Source of the DNA: Tubiluchus corallicola
Lineage: Eukaryota; Animalia; Priapulida
Assembly: GCA_030141605.1 (NCBI GenBank)
Contig: JAQGDQ010000959.1
Location: 1 to 64,000, forward strand
Direction of reading: 5' to 3'
Length of the DNA stretch: 64,000 bases
Part shown: one piece after another, positions 37,294-49,323 of the stretch
Numbering within the stretch: the first letter of the stretch is position 1
Layout of the letters: every line of letters starts with the position of its first letter
Program-made: the position numbers and the translations under genes
Notes under the pieces: generated by a model
What the model saw: only the letters and a program-made list of their open reading frames with translations
Databases searched by the model: none
Told to the model about the DNA's origin: nothing

Positions 37294-37858
37294 TTAAAGG
37301 AAGACTGGACGATTGTTTACACTCAATCTCGTTTTAATTGACAGTCCAAAATATACGTTTTCTTGCCTATAAAAGTTAGTAATTGTTTCTTATATTTTAA
37401 TAATAGTTTATTAAGTTTTAGAAAGTTAATTAACGGCAACCGAACACAGCTATTGCTTACGTCAGAAACGAACCACATTTTGTGCAATGGCAGGCATCTT
37501 CCCTTGCACGTCAAGCACGTTTGCATAAGTGTTACAGTACTGCTTAAACGTAAGATGTCACGAACAATGCGCTCTACTTCATATGACATCGGAAACTAAC
37601 ACAGCAGTTTATGATCATGCTTATCACTGTACCGCCTTCTATCTGTCGGCCACACGAATGTGACAAAAAGCGCCGCTGAAAATCTTAGTAGATTCACTGA
37701 GTCGCGCGTAGCTTTGAAAGTTTAACGAAATTTGAGTATCAGAGGTAATTATTATTTAATCTAAGCTTTGATTTTAAAAAGGCTATTATAGTTTTCAATA
37801 TTTTAGAGCATTCTTTATTCTGAACTAATATTTACACAATCATCCGATTTTCCTTTAA
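37294..37858 (-). mobile_element. Kolobok-type MITE family A, full length, reverse orientation
   Basis: TTAA-AGGAAGACTGGACGATTGT...ACAATCATCCGATTTTCCT-TTAA. Confidence 0.88.
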
Positions 37859-38805
37859 ACAATCTCATTCGTTTAATATCGTTAATTTATTTGCATTTAA
37901 TATTTCATATATTTACTTGTGGATTCCCGCGTTCAGTTGTTCTCTTGGTCATTCGTTTATTCAATCATTCATTTGTTCGCTCATTCGCTTCATACCGTGT
38001 GAAGTAGTACAGTAACCACACATTGGCGCATGAGTTCGTATTATTCGTTTAAATGTGCCTGTTCGTTATCTCCCAACAGCGCCACGTTGCGGCAGACAGG
38101 CAACACTAAACAGATCCTAGAGATAACAGCACAAAGCAATGGCAAAAAATCCAAAAACTAACATGTAAGATGAAAGTGTGTACGTTTAGATGAATTAATA
38201 CCGTAAACACGGCGACTGCTCGCCGTTATGCCAGTTTTGGCTTCAGACATGTGGTGTCTTAGCTGCTTAAGTTACTCAACCAAAGATTGAAGCCTTGTAG
38301 GCCTAGTGAATGTGAAACTGAAGCACTGCATTAACTGAAACTCGTTTATTTATGGACTCCAGTACAATAGTATCTCAATAAACTATGGGCTATTTACTGC
38401 TGTGCATAATTATATTAAAGAAATTAAGCGTTTTAACTTAAGCTAAATCCAATATTTTCAGTTGATAATGTTATGTTTTTTATATTCGTTTGCCTCATAC
38501 TTACTAGATTACGACTGTCTTTTTTTATTAATTAATACGGTTGTCTAATTGTTCTGTAGATTTTAATTGTGCACTTTATCTTTCTTGTATTGTATTTGTA
38601 TTATTATTGTAACCAGAGGAGTTTTGTATCAGTTTTATTGCAGTGTCCAAAGGTTGTAAAATAAATTATGTTTAAACTGAGACTGAACTGTACGCGAGAA
38701 CCAGCACGTTGTCTTTGACATTGGAATTTTTCATTACCTGAGACTGAAGCCTGCGTCATCATTAAAATCGTGTGTTGTGTTTGAGACTGAAACTATTCTT
38801 TGTTA

Positions 38806-39770
38806 CTGAGATTGAAGCCATGCATTGTCACTGAGAACAAAGTACTGATTGTCATTGAGATTGAAGCTATGCATTGTCACTGAGAACAAAGTACTGATTG
38901 TCATTGAGACTAAAGCCATGCATTGTTCCTGAGAACAAAGTACTGATTGTCATTGAGATTGAAGCCATGCATTGTCACTGAGAACAAAGTACTGATTGTC
39001 ATTGAGATTGAAGCCATGCATTGTCACTGAGAACAAAGTACTGATTGTCATTGAGATTGAAGCCATGCATTGTCACTGAGAACAAAGTACTGATTGTCAT
39101 TGAGATTGAAGGCATGCATTGTCACTGAGAACAAAGTACTGATTGCCATTGAGATTGAAGCCATTCATTATCACTGAGAACAAAGTACTGATTGTCATTG
39201 AGATTGAAGCCATGCATTGCTACTGAGAAGAAAGTACTGATTGTCATTGAGATTGAAGGCATGCATTGTCACTGAGAACAAAGTACTGATTGCCATTGAG
39301 ATTGAAGCCATTCATTATCACTGAGAACAAAGTACTGATTGTCATTGAGATTGAAGCCATGCATTGCTACTGAGAAGAAAGTACTGATTGTCATTGAGAT
39401 TGAAGCCATGCATTGCTGCTGAGAAGAAAGTACTGATTGTCATTGAGATTGAAGCCATGCATTGCTGCTGAGAAGAAAGTACTGATTGTCATTGAGATTG
39501 AAGCCATGCATTGCTACTGAGAACAAAGTACTGATTGTCATTGAGATTGAAGGCATGCATTGTCACTGAGAACAAAGTGCTGATTGTCATTGAGATTGAA
39601 GCCATGCATTGTCACTGAGAACAAAGTACTGATTGTCATTGAGACTAAAGCCATGCATTGGCACTGAGAACAAGGTACTGATTGTCATTGAGATTGAAGC
39701 CATGCATTGTCACTGAGAACAAAGTACTGATTGTTAGTGAGATTGGAGACAACCATTGTCATTGAGATTA
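38806..39770. repeat. Minisatellite, 49-bp unit, about 19 copies
   Basis: Unit ACTGAGAACAAAGTACTGATTGTCATTGAGATTGAAGCCATGCATTGTC. Confidence 0.97.
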
Positions 39771-42700
39771 ATGACATGCATTATGAAGTAAGAATAAAAC
39801 CAGGCACACTGTAAGCCACAAACCATTCATTCATTATGTCCAAGATGACCGTAGTGCAAACTAAAAGTAGAACTTGTTTTATACATGCACCTGATTTCAA
39901 AGTAGACTAGACTTGAAGCCATGCGTAGGAAACAGGTCACATGCAAACGAGTGGGCTGGGTTTGCTTTTAAATATTTTACATTCTTCCGGCTTTTTGGGG
40001 TGTCAACACCTAGATATTACCAGCATTTCAGTTCCAAATCAATGAAACTTTAATAAGTGTTTATATTCTTTGCACAAGCTCTCGGATTCTTTGCAAACTG
40101 TAGTACTAGCAGCTTAATTTCGTTGGTGCCACTGTGCCAGCGCCAGAAATTCAAACAGGCCAAAGACCATAATTCAGGCTCTCCGTTGGACTGCCTACCA
40201 GCCATTTTCCAACTCGCGCATTCCTATGAAGTCATTCATAATCGAAGCAGAATCAGTGATATAAACAGAGAGGAAATCAAGATGCCATTTTAAACAAAAA
40301 TGGGCTCTAGAATGATATTCGCTAACCTATTTCAAACATACGAGAGACTTTGCTGTAGGCTAACCCATGCAGATCACACAAAAATAAACATTTTTCGGCT
40401 TAGAATGCTTCGTCCTTGCCACTAAGTAGCCTTGAACATGATTACTGTCGGAATTTGTAGCGTCTGGATCGCGGCGTGTATCCAGTATGGCGTTTGATTT
40501 CCATGAGTCACAGTGATCTCAGATTTTTCCATTTCACTGGCATTTCAAGGTTATGTAGTAAGGCAAATTCTAAACATTGTTTGGCAAACTATAGACTCGA
40601 TATACGCGAATTTGATGGTTTAGTAATCATTACAGATTTTGGCCACTGTTTCATCTTAAACTGAACTTTTTGCTGTTCAAACTTATGAAATGTTAAGTGG
40701 TCAGTCATTTTTGCAAAACTCAGCGATGGCGTAAAACTGTGTCATTCGAACTTTTTATTATTATTATGTCGATATTGTAGACCTGCTTGACTTTCCTGAT
40801 TGAAGCAGGACGAATTCTCTGCACTAATTTGTTTCAGAAATTTTGCAGACCACCTCAGTCCCTTACTAGAAATTCTACTTTCAGTAATTAGCTAAAAAGA
40901 AATACAGGCGCTTGGTAAAATTGGGACGGCTGCTGTCCACTTCTCTGATTTTAGCAGGCGCGTGTTCTACAATGTTCCCTCTTCGTGTAAACAACTTTGA
41001 GAAGCGGACTTACAGAACTATGCAGGAAGCCCCAGTTCTTTCACTAATCCGACTCCGCCAAGTATTGGGTGAACAGTTGAAGCCAGCACACGTACACGCC
41101 GCATCACAGTTAACTATTGTAAATAAACCAGCTTCGAATATCGCCGGATCTCGGACTCATTAGCCAGGGGATTGATACAATTCAAAGCCAGCATTCTTCA
41201 CGCCGCGAATGCCCGCCAATTAAGGCCTGTTCCTCGCAGGAGGTCCAGCAATAATAAATATCACCAATTTACACATTCTTCTGCCCCCCGGGCGAAGTGG
41301 CAACATGCCACTTTGTACTACACTGGTATTAGTTGAATCTCCAGGTACAGTAGCCTATTAGCACAAGAAGTGCTTTTCGTAAATAAGTTTCTTACCTCTT
41401 TCCTAGGTCATGTATCTCTTTGAACTTTTTTGAAGCACATAGTAAGTCATCGTAACGTCATCATCAGCTTATGACAATTTAACAGAAGTATAGAGAACAT
41501 AGATTAATCGTACTTGTAACATGTTACATGCAAATACATTTTGCAAAAGAACAGTGCAGCTGTTAACGCTTGTCATGGTAACATCTCATGTCATTATTTT
41601 GCAAAAAAATCTGAATGAGACACTCCCACAAGGACATAGAGGTCATATATATTGTTTACAACAGCAAATTTGTAATGGCAAACAAACCATGCAGATGACA
41701 ACACTGTACGAAGACGTTTGCAGTGAGAGACCCGAGAATATCAAATTACTACAGTGACCAATAATTGTCGCCCAGCGTTGGATAAAACAATTCCTGTAAA
41801 TTGACATAATGTCTTCTAATATGACATTAAAACTTCCTTCTAATAACACAGAAAAAATATCGTTGCTTCTGTTTCGTAGCAATGTCCTTGTAGAAATTCA
41901 CCTTTACAACTTTAATCAAACCCTACTGAGTGATGGATCTATACTGTTGACGTCACAACAAACACTGACGTCACTGAAATTTTACAGCAAGTATGTAGAG
42001 ATGGGTGTCACCTGGGTGGAGGAGAAAATTTGGGCGAGGGAATCGCAATGATTTTGGAAAGTGTCCTGCGAAGACTGTCACTTGCAAACATTGGTACTCA
42101 GAGTGAATAGAAATCAGTTTTCTCTTGCCATGGTTAAACATGATACCAGGTACGTGAGTCAACAAGGGTTGGTTTTACTGCCGTTCTGCATTGCAGATTT
42201 GTTTCCCATTTTATTACATTATAATAATTACGAGGCTGAGCTAGAGAATTAATTAGAAAGGGCTTATCCACTCCATTCCACGCGCCAAAAACGCCATTTT
42301 GACTAAACTGAACATGGATGTATGCCTTCGCTGCTTTCCCGATAAAATGCAAAGCCAACAAAAATAGTGCAACTGTTATACTTGGACGATTTGCTTATTC
42401 ACCCATTAGCTTGCGCCCGTCTCATGTCTTGTCTCAGTTCAGCTTGAATCCTGTCATGCCGTCGAATCAATTACCTTGGCATATTTGCTGAACAAATAAA
42501 GGCGGCTTCTTCTATATGCTTGGCAACAAATGCTAAGTTGGTTGGCGTCACTAGTGGCGCTTGTGAAGCAATTTCTGCAGCGATGGCACTTTCACGAAAT
42601 TTTTAACGATATATTAAGCAACCGATATTAATATACAAAGCATACATAGACTTCAACATTTGATAAGCAGGGCAGAAGACGTTAACTGTATAGGTACACA

Positions 42701-43217
42701 CTACCGACTTTGGTTGTCAAACTTCATTTTGAACCCACAAAACAAAACGGGGCGTCACGGCTGTTCAACGTGACCAACTGCATTTAGTTATCTTAGCTTG
42801 TATTTTCTTACAGCTACTTTAGTCGTTGGAATATAGATTAAGACGAAATGTAGGTCTGCATCAAATGTTGTTTGGATATTCTAATGATGTTAGAATTTGT
42901 AATCACCGGCGTCAGAACATTAGGTAATTGTGCGAATGAATATGGAGGGTCGATAGTTGTTATGAATAGCACTGAGATTTCGAATCAGTGACAGTGACAC
43001 GCTGAACATAGACGGTGAATTATAATACGCGTAATTGTTAGTGTCATCGTCGTTCATATGCCGTTGATGGTGGTATTGAATTCATTGTTCAGTTCAATTC
43101 AAATTTTTAGATTTGCGTTCTTAAAAGTCTTAAACGTTAGGCAATGTGTAACATGATAAGTTACATAATAGTAGGAAAACTCTCAGAGCAACTTAGTAGA
43201 GTTTTTGCTTCATTTCA

Positions 43218-43764
43218 GATTATTGTGTAAACACGAGTTCAGAATAATGAATGCCATAAAATATTGAAAACTACAATAGCTTTTTTTAAATCAAAGCTTA
43301 GATTAAATAATAATTACCTCGGATACTCAAATTTCGTTAAACTTTCAAAGCTGCGCTCGGCTCAGTGAATCCACTAAGATTGGCAGAGATTCCCAAAGAC
43401 CATATATATTCAGGCTCTCTGTTCGAATCATGAACTGCAATGTAAGTTTCTGACGTCATATGATGTAAGATTCTGATAGTGTCATATGATGTAAAGCCCA
43501 TTTTTCGTGACATCACGCGTTTGAACAGTACTGTAGCACTTATGCAAATGTGCTTGATGCACAAGGGAAAATGCCTGTCATGGCACAAACTGCGGTTAGT
43601 TTCTGACGTAAGCAATAGCTGTGTTCGTTTGCCGTTAATTAACTTTCTAAGCTAATTATTCAAGTATAAGGAACAATTGTTAACTTTTATAGGCAAGAAA
43701 ATGTATATTTTGGACAGTAAATTAAAATGAGATTGAGTCCGAGCAATTGTCCGGTTTTCCTTTA
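43218..43764 (+). mobile_element. Kolobok-type MITE family A with a damaged left end and replaced internal segments
   Basis: Aligns with 33816-34353 except around 43385-43480. Confidence 0.8.
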
Positions 43765-43862
43765 TAAACTGACTGACTGACTTGTAAGAGAATGATTTCG
43801 TTTGTCACAAATGTTTTGCGGTGCATAACGCTCCCAGAATCTCCTGTACACTTCCAGCATCT

Positions 43863-44015
43863 AGGTACCATGACAGGGACTCTCAGACTGGTGAGGTTAT
43901 CGTCTGTGTTGAGGAAGAGACGGGGACCATGACAGGGACTCTCAGACTGGTGAGGTTGCCTTCTGTGTTAAGGAAGAGGTAGGGACCATGACAGGGCCTA
44001 TCAGACTGGTGAGCT
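43863..44015. repeat. 59-bp tandem repeat, about 2.6 copies
   Basis: ACCATGACAGGG..TCAGACTGGTGAG at 43867, 43926 and 43985. Confidence 0.85.
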
Positions 44016-44540
44016 TCCTCAATGACAGTGGCAAACTTGACTTCAGCACTTTAAGCTGATTTTAGTTTTGGAAACCTGCAACTAAAACTCTGTCGCCTGT
44101 TACAAAATCGTAAACGCCGACATTTAAAACGTGCTAAATGCTTTAAGAAATGTGCAAAATGATTCATAGACACGAGCTGCATGATTTACAAAAAGGCCAC
44201 ATTATTTTTCCACAAGCGAACGATTTGATACTCTGGCAAACAGAGCTTTAGGCGCATGGTACCGAATGCTCGGTTGCTCAGTAAAGAGCCTTACTAACGC
44301 TTCATCAAACATAATAATTGTTTTCCCTCTTTCTCGTTAGATTTTGCCCCGGATTCCTCCGCTTTGATTGCGCAGGATTTATTACATGGCTTCATCAGTT
44401 TTCGTCATAATAACTCATTTAACGTGCGGGAGTAAGTGCCGAACATTTTACAGGTTTATAAGAGCAGATCCTGAACATTTGAAATAAAAAGTGTTTGGCA
44501 TGTTAGAACCATTGAAGCGTAAACTGTTTTTAGGTCTGAC

Positions 44541-44930
44541 TTAAAGGAAAACCGGGTGATTGTTTAGGCTCAATCTCATTTTAATTTACTGTCCATAATA
44601 TACGTTTTCTTGCCTATAAATGCTAACAATTGTTCCTTATGTTTGAATAATTAACTTAGAAAGTTAATTAACGGCAACCTAACGCAGCTATTGCTTACGT
44701 CAGGAACTAACCACAGTTTGTGCAATGGCAGGCATCTTCCCTTGCACGTCAAGCACGTTTGAGTGAGTGTTACTCTTTAAACGCGTGATATCACGAAAAT
44801 GTGCTGTACATCATATGACGTCAGAAACTAACACAGCAGTTCATGATCATGGTTATCACGGTACCGCCTTTTAATTGTCGGCCACGCGCATGTGACAAAA
44901 AGGCGCCGCTGCCAGTCTTAGTAGATTCAC
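44541..44930 (-). mobile_element. Kolobok-type MITE family A, truncated, reverse orientation
   Basis: Begins TTAA-AGGAAAACCGGGTGATTGT and matches 37294-37697. Confidence 0.82.
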
Positions 44931-45729
44931 CAATACGTGATGCGTTTTCAGACAATAGCCATCACGATCGAATGAATACGGATCACGCATTGCGCGCACA
45001 TGGAGTCGTACCTTTAGTCTGGCGTCCGTTCATCATCTATCGTCCGTCCACAATTTGAACTTAAACCAGTTCTGCGTAAACCACACTCTTGGGTTACCTT
45101 TGGGACAAGATGATGGTTCATGTAAAACATCATCTGGAAAACAGGTACGAACGTCAATTGTTACACAGTTGTGCGGAGAATTACATTGGCCTGTCACCTG
45201 CTGATAACCCAACATGGACATCCCTCCCTTAGGGGCGGATGGAGCAGGATCCAGGATCGTGGGTGTATCCGAGGCAGGTCAATGCCACCAAACATTAACA
45301 AATGTAATTTTTTGTTTAGATTTAAAATAATGCATACAGGGTACAGAGGATTCAAACAAATAATTATTCAAACAAATGCTTTGGTTTTAATCCGCACAAT
45401 ATCAGTTGTTGATGTTAGGTGATAGGTGACAACTGGATGGGTGACCGCCAGTGACCCTGTAGTTAAAGACCGAAACCCGAAATATTGCTGAAATGATCCG
45501 AGTCAGCTCACTGCCCGTCTCAGCATTTTCACTCTCTCAAGATCTGCTTCGTCAATTCATATCGTTTTGTTATGGTGAAAATGAATAAAATATCAAAGAC
45601 GTCACCTGCTGACAGTCCAACATGGACAAAAATGCTTCACCTTCTCCCCCAATGAGGGAAGTTCCAGGATACGAACAATGAAACGATCAAACGAAAGTGT
45701 TTAAAAACTTGGTACTCAATTAAATAGAT

Positions 45730-46530
45730 TTATTTCGCAATAAACATATACATATGCATAACATGTGCATCGATAATCAGTTTTTGTTAACACAAAATTA
45801 TGATTCAATTCATAAATTCTGCGCTAGGACCTAAGAAGCCAGCTTATGGTAGGCCACTAGAATTAGTTACGAGAAAAATTACAATATATTGGTAATGGTT
45901 AGTGTGAATTACACTGGGCGTTCGTAGTATTAAATTTTCATAATTACGATGTAAACTGATGGTCGGTACAGAGAAATGATAAATAATTTAACACATTCGC
46001 TAAGCATTTGTGGAGGAGGCAACACTAAGTCTTGTTTAGACCATACAGAGGTGCAACACTTGTTTAGACTATATGGAGGTGCGCATTGCAGATATATACG
46101 GGTGGGAAGTAATAAAAATATTATTAAACTAGAGAGGAAGTTTTTGAAAATGAAAAACAAATCATGATTGGGTGATCAGTTATATGTTTCAAGTCAATTT
46201 AATTTATAATTTTTTATATATGGAAAGCGAGTTGGCATTTTTAAGTACAAGGGTCATAAAGGTTATAAGGATGTTGATGCTAGGCGATGGATGAGAACAT
46301 TGGCGATAGCATACAGTGACCTGGGGAATCCCAGAAATTGCTAATTAAATGTGGCCAAAAACGTCGACATTATTTCGTCGTATGTGATCACTGGGAATTG
46401 TATGTGGGAAGGTTTCCGAACGAAATTTGAACGTGAAAAATGTATTACATTGTTTGACCAGGAGGGGCACCTCAGGGGAAATTAGTGCTTTTTGAGTGTC
46501 TTTATTGCCTATGAGAATTTGTGAACTAAA
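45730..46530 (-). mobile_element. Probable decayed 3' end of a CR1/L2-group LINE
   Basis: On the minus strand: a degenerate coding-like stretch, then a 3' hairpin (CTAGTGGCCTACCATAAGCTGGCTTC..CCTAG) and AATAAA. Weak evidence. Confidence 0.35.
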
Positions 46531-46634
46531 GTTGGCCAAAAAGAATGGCTTTGGGTCAAACGATCCTCAAGGTGTCAAACATGAGAATCAGTGGGACTTA
46601 AAGGCGTTACTTTATGCACTGTTCGCTCTGTTTT

Positions 46635-47183
46635 TTAAAAGAAAACCGGATGATTGTGTAAACATTAGTTCAGAATAGAATGCTCTAAAATATTGAAAAC
46701 TACAAATTTTTTTAGATCAAAGCTTAGATCAAATAATAATTACCTTGAATACTCAAATTTCGTTAAACTTTCAAACCTACTTGCGGCTCAGTGAATCTAC
46801 TAAGATTGGCAGTGGCGCCTTTTTGTCACATTCGCGTGGCCGAAACATAGAAGGCGGTACCGTGATAAGCATGATCATGAGTTGCAGTGTTAGTTTTTGA
46901 CGCCATATGACGTAGAGCCCATTTTCGTGATATCATGTGTTTAAGCAGTACTGTAACACTTACGCAAATGTGCTTGACGCACAAGGGAAGATGCCTGCCA
47001 TTGCACAAACTGTTGTTAGTTTCTGATGTAAGCAGTAGCAGTTCGGTTGCAGTTAATTAACTTTCTAAGCTAATTATTCAAATTTTAAGAGCAATTGCTA
47101 ACATTTATAGGCAAGAAAATGTATATTTTGGACAGTAAATTAAAATGAGATTAAGTCTAAACAATCGTCCGGTCTTCCTTTAA
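46635..47183 (+). mobile_element. Kolobok-type MITE family A, full length
   Basis: TTAA-AAGAAAACCGGATGATTGT...ACAATCGTCCGGTCTTCCT-TTAA. Confidence 0.88.
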
Positions 47184-48105
47184 TATGTGTCTGCATAAGG
47201 CATACGGGAAATAAAGCAGTACCACTAGACAAGCTTTTTCTATTAAACAGCTTTGAGTATCACAAGAATATAGAGTTAATGTCAAGAATTGTTTAAAGTT
47301 AAAGAGCTCTATAATAGTCTATAATGCTTCCTCTTTTGCTAATAAATGTCTGCATAATTGTCGCACAACATAACCTAAAAACTTGGTTACAACAACTACG
47401 TCACCTCCTAGTAAAATTTAATTGTTGACATATAGAAAGGTACATACTGTCAGAGTGCCAGTACGTGTAATTCTTATTTTTTACTAAACCTATTTAGCTG
47501 TATGAAAGAACAGGAGGCCCTACCTGTCCTACTCCGTGATTACAATTACAGTATTCAATATTTAAGTAAAACTATTGCTGTAAAAGGATATTGGAGAAAA
47601 TAAATTATTTGTCTATTAAATTAAATTAAATTAATTGTCTGTCTACGTAACTTGTAAGCGTCCTTGTTCAAAAATGACACAAAATCACGACTACCTCATA
47701 AGCAGACTGAGCATTTTGTAGCAGAGGTCAAAAATATGACGTGGAATTGAACCCAGAACCAAGATGAATTAAAATTAAGTATTCACATCCACTATACGTA
47801 AAACTAGGTGAGCAAGTGCACGTTTTGAGGAACAGTATTAAACGTGCTTATCGTTTCCAAGTTTTTATAATGCACTCTTAGTTTATCTCTATGGACCGGC
47901 AAAATCCTTGACATTCTTTGAATTTTTCTGTGACTGTAAGTTCTATAAACAAAAGTATGTTTTGAAAACAGGAAACGTCTTACTAAAATAATGAACAAGA
48001 TACACAGACCTACGCAGATTCTGCAAACTAACTGAAAGTTTGAGCTTGAAAGCTGCAGTCAGTGTTCTTGTTTTTTCTGTTTTTTTTTTGCTGCGTAGTA
48101 CTTCT

Positions 48106-48280
48106 CATGCAGCTATGCAGTCCTCGTGCAGCCATGCAGTCCTCGTGCAGCCATGCAATCCTCGTGCAGCTACGCAGTCCTCGTGCAGCCATACAGTCCT
48201 CGTGCAGCTATGCAGTCCTCGTGCAGCCATACAGTCCTCGTGCAGCCATGCAGTCCTCATGCAGCTATGCAGTCCTCGGG
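48106..48280. repeat. Minisatellite, 19-bp unit GCAGC(C/T)ATGCAGTCCTCGT, about 9 copies
   Basis: Seen directly. Confidence 0.93.
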
Positions 48281-48539
48281 TCCTTCAGCCATAAAGTTAG
48301 GATTCTGTTATGATGATGATGATGCTTAACCTTACCACGTTGACATTCCTAAAGTGCCACATTTGGTATCAATTCTAGTCTGTCAACATTCTTCAAAAAA
48401 TAACAATAATAAGGCTAATCGTTGACTGAGATGAGGTTCAACATGTTGAGGGTTTATTACTAACACATGACAGAGCAAATGCTAGAGAATGTATGTCGTG
48501 TTTGTAGGCTTTTATAATTGGCTCTCAAACAGGAGAAAT

Positions 48540-49140
48540 TTAAAGGAAAACGGGACGATTTTTCATATCCTAGCCCATTTTGAGACCTATAATAATGCCA
48601 ATGTATTGGCATTGTGTTGGCATAATGCCATAATTAAATGCATGTCAAAAATATAATTAACAACAGGCGACGAGCCCAACTATTGATGGCATCACAAATG
48701 AACATAATTTTCAACAGTGCAGACATTCCACAAGTGTTTTGCACGTATCTGTTTAGCGAAAATTGAAGAACAGCGTTGCTGTACAATATTCAGTGTGATA
48801 ATCAAAAACTCGGCAAATTTTAAGTTTAAAATTCAAATTTCTAGTTTTCCACTGTGTTCACGCATGAGCTGTTAAAAGTGTGCACTACGTCACAACTGAA
48901 CACATCCGAACTGAGAGGTACAGGCCTGTTTTCTGTGCAACAAGTTTCTGAAATGCAAACGCTATAGTGTCCATTTAACTAGCAAATGGCGAAATGCACG
49001 TAACTGGACAACTAGCTGCGAAATAAAGTTTCTGTGGTAATAATTCTTTGTCATTTTTGAAAAAATAGTACGTTCAATTTCAATATTTTGTAGATTAAAT
49101 TGTTTTGAACTAAGCTTAAGATCTTCCGGCTTTCCTTTAA
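48540..49140. mobile_element. Kolobok-type MITE family B
   Basis: TTAA-AGGAAAACGGGACGAT...ATCTTCCGGCTTTCCT-TTAA. It ends 100 bp before the acceptor of the first FHL coding exon. Confidence 0.78.
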
Positions 49141-49323
49141 GTTTTTGAATTGTGTGAAAGTCCTTGAACACCGGTCTATATGGTTGAAATGATGTAGCAC
49201 AATACTTTATCAATAAAACCACACGTGTTTCCATTTCAGGTAAAATTTGAACCGAGTCACAACTGTATAGGCCTCTCGATCTGGTGAAATTTACAGCAAG
49301 GCTCACTTTGACCAGAGGCCACC

